Shown here: positions 17,441 through 24,000 of the stretch, in pieces | How the letters are laid out: the number at the start of each line of letters is the position of its first letter | Numbering within the stretch: the stretch's first letter is position 1 | Assembly (NCBI RefSeq): GCF_003534205.1 | Contig: NZ_CP011102.1 | Coordinates: forward strand, 732,036-756,035 | Length of the DNA: 24,000 nt | Reading direction: 5' to 3' | Source: Listeria weihenstephanensis | GTDB lineage: Bacteria; Bacillota; Bacilli; Lactobacillales; Listeriaceae | Position numbers and translations under genes: made by a program | The notes under the pieces: model-generated | Database searches by the model: none | What the model was told of the DNA's origin: nothing | The model's input: only the letters and a program-made list of their open reading frames with translations

Positions 17441-18472
17441 ATGGAGAAAAATGTATTAGTAACAGGTGGAACGGGATTTTTAGGTACGCAAATGATTTTT
17501 CAATTATTACAGAAGGGCTATCATGTGAAAACGACCCTTCGTTCGATGAAGAGTAAAGATAAGGTGATCGATGTTCTGAAAGCTAACGGGATTACCGAGT
17601 TTGATCGGCTCAGTTTTGTGGAGGCAGATTTGTCAAAAGATGATAATTGGGATGAAGCAATGAACGATTGCGACTATGTGTTAAGCGTTGCCTCACCAGT
17701 CTTTTTCACGATTCCCAAAAATGAGGAGGAGATGATACGCCCAGCTGTGGATGGTATTATTCGCGTGTTAAAAGCGGCCAAGAATGCCAATGTGAAGCGT
17801 GTTGTCATGACTTCCAATTTCGGTGCAGTTGGGTTTAGTAATCACAATCCGAACGTGACGACAACGGAAGAAGATTGGACAAACGTCGATGAAAAGGGTC
17901 TATCCGTCTACGAAAAATCAAAATTACTCGCTGAAAAAGCTGCATGGGATTTCATAAAGACACAAGGCGGTCAACTCGAGTTTGCGACGGTGAATCCAGT
18001 TGCAATTTTAGGACCAACGTTAAGCTCGCATATTTCAGGAAGTTTCATGCTGTTGGAACATCTGCTCGACGGATCGATGAAATCTATACCTAATATCCCT
18101 CTAAATGTGGTGGATGTGAGAGACGTCGTTGATTTGCATATCCGCGCAATGATAACTCCAGCTGCGAATGGCGAGCGTTTTATCGCAACCGCTGACGGCC
18201 AAATCACGATGTCAGAAATGGCGGCACTTTTGAAAAAGACAAACCCAGAGATTGCAAAAAATGTTCCTACAAAAATACTGCCTAATTGGGTGGTGAATCT
18301 GGGTTCTTTATTCAACAAGGAAGCCAAAGAAGGCGCGCTACTTTTAAAGATAGGGCGGGATGTGAGCAATAAAAAGGCGAAAGAAATATTGGGATGGGAG
18401 CCGATTTCAAATAATGAGGAAGCGATTCTTGCCTCGATGGCTAGCATGATTAAATTCGGCCTTTTAAAATAG
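17441..18472 (+). CDS. NAD(P)-dependent extended SDR (epimerase/dehydratase family; aldehyde/ketone reductase-like)
   Basis: An N-terminal Rossmann motif (VTGGTGFLGTQM). A YxxxK catalytic pair (SVYEKSKLLAEK). It is 343 aa long. GGAGG lies 8 nt upstream of the ATG. Confidence 0.85.
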   Translation: MEKNVLVTGGTGFLGTQMIFQLLQKGYHVKTTLRSMKSKDKVIDVLKANGITEFDRLSFVEADLSKDDNWDEAMNDCDYVLSVASPVFFTIPKNEEEMIRPAVDGIIRVLKAAKNANVKRVVMTSNFGAVGFSNHNPNVTTTEEDWTNVDEKGLSVYEKSKLLAEKAAWDFIKTQGGQLEFATVNPVAILGPTLSSHISGSFMLLEHLLDGSMKSIPNIPLNVVDVRDVVDLHIRAMITPAANGERFIATADGQITMSEMAALLKKTNPEIAKNVPTKILPNWVVNLGSLFNKEAKEGALLLKIGRDVSNKKAKEILGWEPISNNEEAILASMASMIKFGLLK

Positions 18473-18483
18473 GACGAGGAGGG

Positions 18484-18517
18484 AGTGGCCGCTTGAATAT
18501 GGCTGCTTCTTTTTTTG
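18484..18517 (+). terminator. Putative rho-independent terminator after the SDR gene
   Basis: AGTGGCC (18484-18490) pairs with GGCTGCT (18501-18507), 7 bp including two G-U pairs, with a 10-nt loop. TCTTTTTTTT follows. Confidence 0.5.
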
Positions 18518-18596
18518 TTTGGAGTATTAATAATTGAAAAAATGGGATTGCTTGCGTAAACTAGGAGTGAAGAATGGACATTGGAGGAGAGACAAA

Positions 18597-18944
18597 ATGA
18601 AGAAACCAAGAATTTTTACTATGTCATTTGCAAGCGTGTACCCGCTGTACATAACGAAGGTTGAGAAAAAGGGCCGGACAAAGGCAGAAGTTGATGAGGT
18701 CATTTTTTGGTTAACGGGGTACGATGAGGCGTCTCTGAAACAAGCGGTGGATGAGGAAGTGGATTTTGAAACATTTTTCGAGCAAGCGCCGGAGATGAAT
18801 CCGAATGCTGCACTGATTAAAGGCGTGATTTGCGGATATCGAGTGGAGGATATTGAAGACCCGCTGATGCAGCAGATTCGTTACATGGATAAATTAGTGG
18901 ATGAATTGGCAAAAGGAAAAGCGATGGATAAGATATTGAGATAG
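18597..18944 (+). CDS. DUF2200-like small conserved protein of unknown function
   Basis: [42 protein letters not shown] matches my recollection of the DUF2200 family N-terminus. The ATG at 18597 lies 7 nt after GGAGGAG. The track start at 18534 has no RBS. Confidence 0.65.
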   Translation: MKKPRIFTMSFASVYPLYITKVEKKGRTKAEVDEVIFWLTGYDEASLKQAVDEEVDFETFFEQAPEMNPNAALIKGVICGYRVEDIEDPLMQQIRYMDKLVDELAKGKAMDKILR

Positions 18945-18946
18945 CA

Positions 18947-18988
18947 AACACCCAGCTCAGGCATAATAAGCCGTCTGAGCTGGGTGTT
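18947..18988. terminator. Bidirectional terminator hairpin between convergent genes
   Basis: A perfect 14-nt inverted repeat, AACACCCAGCTCAG (18947-18960) / CTGAGCTGGGTGTT (18975-18988), with a 14-nt loop. It lies between the stop at 18944 (+) and the stop at 18996 (-). Confidence 0.8.
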
Positions 18989-18995
18989 ATTTCGT

Positions 18996-20183
18996 CTATT
19001 TGACTTCCAAAAACAACACTTTTAAATAATTGCCTTCTTTAAAACTATCCCGAGTCACGAAATCTGCGGGTAATGTAAATTGCTCAACAATGCGATATTG
19101 CCGACCTTGACTTGCGAAGGCATCTTGTACGACTTTCTTAAATTTATCCATCCCGTAACCCGCGTAGTTCGTTGATGCTACAATAATGCCGTTCTCGTTT
19201 GTAATCGCAATACTTTCTTCAAGCAGCTTTCCATAATCCTTGGCGACGCTGAATGTTGTTTTTTTCGTGCGCGCAAAACTCGGCGGATCAAGCACAACGA
19301 GGTCAAACGATAGATTTTTGCGGTTGGCGTATTTGAAGTATTGGAAAACGTCTTCAGCCATAATCGTGTGCGCCGATGGATCGAGCTCGTTCACAAGGAA
19401 CTGTTCGCGCGTCTTTGGAATGCTGCGGTTAGCTACGTCGACATTGGTCGTATGAGAAGCCCCGCCGAATGCTGCAGCAACGGAGAAGGCGCCAGTGTAA
19501 GAAAATGTATTCAAAACGGTACGTCCCGCAGCATAATCATCACAAATCGTTTTGCGAACGTCACGTTGATCGAGGAAAATACCAGTCATCGCGCCATCGT
19601 TCAAATAAACGGCGTAATTAATGCCATTTTCCTTCACAATAAGCGGTTCCGGAGCCGTTTCGCCTTCTAGAAAATCATCGCTTTCCAAGTATTGGCCTTT
19701 CGCATCAAACCGGCGCTTTTCATAGATGCCGCGCGTGTCGATGGCGTTTTTGATCGCGGCAAGCAACACCGATTTCCACTTATAAATCCCGTGGCTGTAC
19801 CATTGCAAAACAATGAAGCCGTCGTAATAATCGATCGTCAAGCCGCCTAAGCCATCACCTTCCCCGTTGAAAATACGGAAAGCCGTTGTCGCATCATCGT
19901 TAAAAAAGGCTTGCCGTTTCGCGAACGCTTCTTTAAACAGCGCAACAAAAAAAGCTTGGTCAAGCGGTTGCGAATCATCCGACGTAAGTATCCAGCCGAT
20001 GCCTTTATTCTGATTACCGTGATAGCCTTTTGCGAGGAAGCGATTTGACTCATCCGTTAGGCGTAAAATCGTGCCTTCTTCCATATCGGGAAAGTTCACT
20101 ACGGCTTCTTTTGTAATAAGCGGGTAGCCTTTTATGTATTCATGAGCTGATTTCTTCTTTATTTTAATGGTTATTTCATTCAT
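18996..20183 (-). CDS. Class I SAM-dependent rRNA methyltransferase (RlmI/YwbD-like, PUA-domain containing)
   Basis: A catalytic-region VVLDPPSFARTKK (DPPxF) motif and an FSYTGAFSVAAA SAM-binding region. An N-terminal PUA-like region. The ATG at 20183 (MNEITIK...) lies 8 nt after GAGGA. The track start at 20198 has no RBS. Confidence 0.8.
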   Translation of the reverse strand: MNEITIKIKKKSAHEYIKGYPLITKEAVVNFPDMEEGTILRLTDESNRFLAKGYHGNQNKGIGWILTSDDSQPLDQAFFVALFKEAFAKRQAFFNDDATTAFRIFNGEGDGLGGLTIDYYDGFIVLQWYSHGIYKWKSVLLAAIKNAIDTRGIYEKRRFDAKGQYLESDDFLEGETAPEPLIVKENGINYAVYLNDGAMTGIFLDQRDVRKTICDDYAAGRTVLNTFSYTGAFSVAAAFGGASHTTNVDVANRSIPKTREQFLVNELDPSAHTIMAEDVFQYFKYANRKNLSFDLVVLDPPSFARTKKTTFSVAKDYGKLLEESIAITNENGIIVASTNYAGYGMDKFKKVVQDAFASQGRQYRIVEQFTLPADFVTRDSFKEGNYLKVLFLEVK

Positions 20184-20530
20184 AATTTTCATCCTCATTT
20201 GTAAAGTAGTACCTCCACTATATCATATATTTTCTGAAATGTGCGGTGTCGACACTGGTATATCATTATTATCGCGTAAAAATTAGCGATAATTTAAGCG
20301 TGATTATTGTACGATATGGAACGAAAGTCAAACAATTGCAAGAGTGAATTAATATCAAAGACCCTAACAAGATTTTTGTGAATCAAAATACCCGTATTGA
20401 ATATAGGAAAAGCCTCGCGACTGTGCTTTTTATATAAAGTTATAATTGATAACTAAAAATGAGGCCGAATTGGCGTTTACGAACGAAAAAGCGACGTTCA
20501 CGACAAATCGTACAAATTTCATTTTTATTA

Positions 20531-20539
20531 TGTTATAAT
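20531..20539 (+). promoter_or_regulatory. Extended -10 element (TGtTATAAT) upstream of the secreted-protein gene
   Basis: TG at 20531-20532 and TATAAT at 20534-20539, about 33 nt upstream of the ATG at 20572. No good -35 is present, which is consistent with an extended -10 promoter. Confidence 0.45.
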
Positions 20540-20571
20540 GTGATTTACTACACAAATAGGGAGAGATATCA

Positions 20572-21492
20572 ATGAAAATGATTAGAATTAGTTTATGCAT
20601 GGCTATGTTTTTACTTGGTAGCGTGGCACTTGGATCAATAAATGTGTTTGCTGATGAGATGCATAATCACGAAGAAATGAGCAACAAATCAGAAACAGAA
20701 AAAAAAGAAAGCGTCAGCTTACCTACCGATAATTTAACAATTAAAAATGTAAAACGGTTAGAATATTCTATGCCAGAAAATGCTCCTGCTGATTTAATTA
20801 ACCTATATTTAAAAGCAGGATGGGAATGGAATAAAGAACTTAATTACATGTTTAAAGATGTATTATATGAGGATGAGACAGTAAATATAAACGGAATAGA
20901 CTACGTAACTGATGAAGATGGAGAAGTTTCGACAAAGATAAGTGTACGAGATGGATCCAGTAAGGTAGAGGTTTCGTCAGATAATTATGACACCAATCCA
21001 GTAAGTATAACAGCTGAAAAAAATGACGAGCCAAAACAAATTAGTGTAAAACCAGGTGAGCAAAAAGAGGTAGTACTTTTGGAAGAAATTAATTTAGATA
21101 CCATGATTGACAGAATGGATGAAATGAATGGTCAGAAATTAAATACGGAGAATACACTGACAACCAATAAATTTGTTGTTAGTCCACTTGGAAAACAAGA
21201 TAGCCATCATTTTGAAGTTCTACTAATGGCATCTAAAAAAGGGGATACAGTAACTTGTAATCGCTATAATGGACCGTGGGGAAATAATACTTATTACTCT
21301 AAAACTGCAAATCCTGTGATGGCTTCAAGGAACTTTTTATGGAGTGATTGCGATCAAGCACTTGTATGGCACGTACAATGCTTGAAGGATTATGGACCTG
21401 CTAAGTATCGTTATTGCGCTTGGGACCCAACTGCTAAAAGAGGCAAATGTAGTGGATTAATTGGTCATAGTAAAAAATTCCATGCACATTAA
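20572..21492 (+). CDS. Secreted protein of unknown function with a Cys/His-rich C-terminal domain
   Basis: A signal peptide (MKMIRISLCMAMFLLGSVALGSINVFA/DE). An acidic, low-complexity middle region. The C-terminal ~85 aa carry 5 Cys and a terminal HSKKFHAH. The RBS is AGGGAGAG. I recognise no family. Confidence 0.7.
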   Translation: MKMIRISLCMAMFLLGSVALGSINVFADEMHNHEEMSNKSETEKKESVSLPTDNLTIKNVKRLEYSMPENAPADLINLYLKAGWEWNKELNYMFKDVLYEDETVNINGIDYVTDEDGEVSTKISVRDGSSKVEVSSDNYDTNPVSITAEKNDEPKQISVKPGEQKEVVLLEEINLDTMIDRMDEMNGQKLNTENTLTTNKFVVSPLGKQDSHHFEVLLMASKKGDTVTCNRYNGPWGNNTYYSKTANPVMASRNFLWSDCDQALVWHVQCLKDYGPAKYRYCAWDPTAKRGKCSGLIGHSKKFHAH

Positions 21493-21515
21493 TTGAGTGA
21501 AGAGGTGAATATTAT

Positions 21516-22034
21516 TTGAATAAGAAATGGATATTAATAATTTCAATAATTATTTTGGTAGTGTTGTTAGCTGTAGGTTTTATATGGTTTAAAAATAATG
21601 GACCAATAAAAGATACATCACTAAAAGAAGACGGTATTGGAAAGCTCACAATTGGAATGGATGAAGAACACATCAGGCATTATTATCCTGAATTTGCTAT
21701 CTCTCATGGGAAGAACAACAATATTTATTATTATAATGATGAAGATAGTTTTATTGTTACTACTAAAAATAAGAAGATAGTCTGTATTGAACTAAGAAAT
21801 GAGGTACCAGACCAAAAACTAACGACGAAAAAAAATATAACATTGGGTAGCTCATTGAAAGAAGTAGAAAAGGCCTACGGGAAAAATTATAGAAAAAAAT
21901 CTACTGAACGCTATGGAAATGTGATAGAGTTTCAAGATTCTAAAACAAATCAAAAGCTAGTATTTGGGATTTTTGATAATAAAGTTAATGTAATCATTTT
22001 TTATGATTATGAAAAATTTGAGTATCAATTTTAA
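21516..22034 (+). CDS. N-terminally membrane-anchored small protein of unknown function
   Basis: The TTG start at 21516 lies 8 nt after GAGGTG. It has one N-terminal TM helix (WILIISIIILVVLLAVGFIWF). The extracytoplasmic part has two short G.s..ev...yG-like segments (LTIGMDEEHIRHYYPEF; ITLGSSLKEVEKAYGKNY). It lies 23 nt downstream of the previous gene. Confidence 0.65.
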   Translation: MNKKWILIISIIILVVLLAVGFIWFKNNGPIKDTSLKEDGIGKLTIGMDEEHIRHYYPEFAISHGKNNNIYYYNDEDSFIVTTKNKKIVCIELRNEVPDQKLTTKKNITLGSSLKEVEKAYGKNYRKKSTERYGNVIEFQDSKTNQKLVFGIFDNKVNVIIFYDYEKFEYQF

Positions 22035-22069
22035 TTAAATATCTGATTAAAGTATGCAACTTAAGAAGT

Positions 22070-22095
22070 CTTCGAATTAATTTTCGGGGCTTTTT
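22070..22095 (+). terminator. Putative rho-independent terminator of the two-gene cassette
   Basis: CTTCGAA (22070-22076) pairs with TTCGGGG (22083-22089), 7 bp including two G-U pairs, with a 6-nt loop. C TTTTT ATTTT follows. Confidence 0.5.
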
Positions 22096-22357
22096 ATTTT
22101 GTTTCTTCATAATTTCCCTTAAAAGCGTGATGAGTACGTAAATATAAAAATTCCGCCGACTATTTTAATACTTCACTATCATAAAAAACAGAAACGAAAT
22201 TGTGACAAAAAGTTCATAATTTGGAGGCGGAAAACGGAAATATTTAACTTTTGAATTAGCGTAATATGGTATGATTTTACTGAAAAGAGCTATATGCAAG
22301 GGAGAACATGATTTAGCGGAGGGCTCTTATCATATCTGAAAAGGGAGGATGTTTTAG

Positions 22358-24000
22358 TTGAAGAAGTTGCTGTTTATGTTGCTTATTGTTGTTTTTTGTA
22401 TGGTCGGTCATCAGGGAGTTCAGGCAGAAACGAATAAGATTGATGTTAGTGAATATGTAACCGCTAACAAAAAAGGCGCAGCGGATCAAAATGCTTATAA
22501 CTGGAATGATTTGATGCGCAAACTGGATAGCGCAGAACACACCACGATCTATGTTCCAAAAGGGGCTTTCTATTTTAGTCAGACACTAGCGATTCCATCA
22601 AATGTGACGATTGTTGGGGAGAGAGCAGGGGATTCCTCACTCGTGTTTACAAAAGTTGTCGCGGGAATTACGATTCGTTTTCCAGCAGGAGAGACGAAAG
22701 CGCATTCCATTGGTTTGGAGAATCTGAAAATAAGTTATGACGATAGTGCGCCGGATGAAAAGAACTCGAGTCTCATTAGTTTTGGGACGCCTTACGAGGA
22801 GCTGAACTACAATGATTATCAAGTGATGGATAATGTGATAATTCAAAACTGCATAATCGATGGGAAAAAGAAGGGGAGTTCAGCGATTTATTTAGGGCGA
22901 GTTTTGAATGTGACGATTAGCAAAAATACCATCCAAAATTCAGGCTTGCAAAATGGGATAACTCTGGAATTTTGCAAGAATGTTCGGATTGATGATAACG
23001 ATATTTCAGATCTAGGGAGATCGGGGATTCAAATGTATAAATATAACGGGAGCGCTACGGAACCGATTATTATTGAGAAGAATCGGATTACGAATTGGAT
23101 GCAGCGCTATGGTTATGAACATTTTAAAACGAAATATGAAGCCGGTAAAGTTGTAGATGTGATGAATGATGCGGGGATTGATAGTTACGGGCCGCAAAAT
23201 GAGAATTTGATCATCAAGGGGAACATTTTAACGGCTGGCAGGGTGAACAGTTACAATCCGAATAACACGAAAATTTTAGCGGAATATGGGGAGGAAATTT
23301 ATAAAGAACACGTTATTTTCTTTACAGGCATACGTTTGTGCGGTGTGAAAGATGTAATAGCGACTGGTAACGAGGTCGATCTAAAGGGGCGCGATATATT
23401 CACGTTGGTGTATATTAATAGTCGTGAGAAGGCTGCAACTAGGACGAAACCGAGCAATATTATCGTGGATCAGAATTCATTTAAGGCCGAGGGGAACATT
23501 CGCTATCCGGTTCGTATTTTTGATGGAGAGACGGCGGAGAATCAGAAGGAAGATGGGATCACATTTATAAATAATGATTTTACGGTAGAGGGAAAACTTG
23601 TGGATAACGGTTACTTTGCCTTTTTTACGGTTAGTTCGGCTACTAAAAAACTGCATCTTATCGGGAACAAGATCAATATGACTGCGCGTCATGACTATTT
23701 TGTTTCGGTGAGTGATAATGAATACGACGGGGAAAAAGTGAAGCTACATGAGTTAGTCGCGACGCTAAATTCGGTGAATGGGGAGCCAATAAAAACCGTG
23801 CGTGGCAACGTTGGAGCTATTGATTTTACACATTATTTGCAAGATCAGCCACTTTTCACGCACACAAATATGCATGTAGGGCAGTATTTGGATCCAGTTT
23901 GGAAGGTTCGTTTAATAAAGAATGGCCTTGTAATCAAGCAGGCAGAAACAGATACTAAGACGAAAACCTACACATTTAAAGGGCTCGATGGATTGGTACA
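22358..24000 (+). CDS. Secreted right-handed parallel beta-helix (pectin-lyase-fold, PbH1-repeat) protein, 3' end outside the window
   Basis: This gene is absent from the supplied ORF track because it has no in-window stop. My hand translation from the TTG at 22358 to 24000 found no stop codon. The TTG is preceded by the in-frame stop TAG at 22355-22357 and lies 9 nt after GGAGG. The signal peptide is LKKLLFMLLIVVFCMVGHQGVQA/ET. Repeated beta-helix turns include NVIIQNCIIDG, NVTISKNTIQNSG, NVRIDDNDISD, IIIEKNRITN and LIIKGNILT. Confidence 0.8.
   Translation, partial: MKKLLFMLLIVVFCMVGHQGVQAETNKIDVSEYVTANKKGAADQNAYNWNDLMRKLDSAEHTTIYVPKGAFYFSQTLAIPSNVTIVGERAGDSSLVFTKVVAGITIRFPAGETKAHSIGLENLKISYDDSAPDEKNSSLISFGTPYEELNYNDYQVMDNVIIQNCIIDGKKKGSSAIYLGRVLNVTISKNTIQNSGLQNGITLEFCKNVRIDDNDISDLGRSGIQMYKYNGSATEPIIIEKNRITNWMQRYGYEHFKTKYEAGKVVDVMNDAGIDSYGPQNENLIIKGNILTAGRVNSYNPNNTKILAEYGEEIYKEHVIFFTGIRLCGVKDVIATGNEVDLKGRDIFTLVYINSREKAATRTKPSNIIVDQNSFKAEGNIRYPVRIFDGETAENQKEDGITFINNDFTVEGKLVDNGYFAFFTVSSATKKLHLIGNKINMTARHDYFVSVSDNEYDGEKVKLHELVATLNSVNGEPIKTVRGNVGAIDFTHYLQDQPLFTHTNMHVGQYLDPVWKVRLIKNGLVIKQAETDTKTKTYTFKGLDGLV

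Noticed and set aside
17971-18609. A 212-aa minus-strand ORF opposite the SDR reductase gene
   Set aside because: It is antisense to a gene with clear Rossmann and YxxxK motifs. The product is Ser-rich and featureless. It spans the predicted terminator and the start of the next gene.
22244-22257. A PrfA-box-like half site, TTAACTTTTGAATT, upstream of the beta-helix gene
   Set aside because: Only the left half (TTAAC) and the TG match the 14-bp palindromic consensus TTAACANNTGTTAA. The right half is not conserved, and the species assignment is itself uncertain.
22313-23692. Four short minus-strand ORFs (60-75 aa) listed in the track at 22313-23692
   Set aside because: All lie antisense to the long uninterrupted + strand beta-helix ORF, which has a signal peptide, an RBS and repeat structure.

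Overview
This window looks like a low-GC Gram-positive (Firmicutes) chromosomal segment. The CRISPR repeat resembles Listeria/Clostridium type I-B repeats from memory, which I could not verify. The centrepiece is a complete, apparently intact type I-B (Cst/Tneap-style) CRISPR-Cas locus on the + strand: cas6-cas8b-cas7-cas5-cas3-cas4-cas1-cas2 (3547-11628). It is followed by a ~200-nt leader and an array of 16 repeats and 15 spacers (11829-12834) whose last four repeats decay progressively. To the left lie three tandem non-coding repeats (period 123 nt, 200-564) abutting a ThrE-family exporter gene, a small PC4/YdbC-like protein, an alpha/beta hydrolase with Asp at the nucleophile position, and an MDR-family quinone oxidoreductase. 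To the right lie three regulator/effector pairs: TetR with a membrane-anchored esterase, ArsR with a DHA2 MFS pump, and MerR with an SDR reductase driven by a textbook 19-bp-spacer MerR promoter. These are followed by a DUF2200-like gene, an RlmI-like rRNA methyltransferase, an AT-rich two-gene cassette (secreted Cys-rich protein plus membrane-anchored small protein), and a secreted beta-helix protein gene. That last gene runs off the right edge and is missing from the supplied ORF track. I did not recognise any clearly novel multi-gene system. The most interesting signals are sequence-level details of the CRISPR locus: a candidate internal Cas11 start in cas8b, a triplicated 16-nt leader motif with a perfect inverted repeat, and a terminator-like hairpin between cas5 and cas3. 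The unexplained tandem repeats and the AT-rich secreted-protein cassette are also worth a look. All protein family calls rest on motif recognition and gene order, not on database searches.
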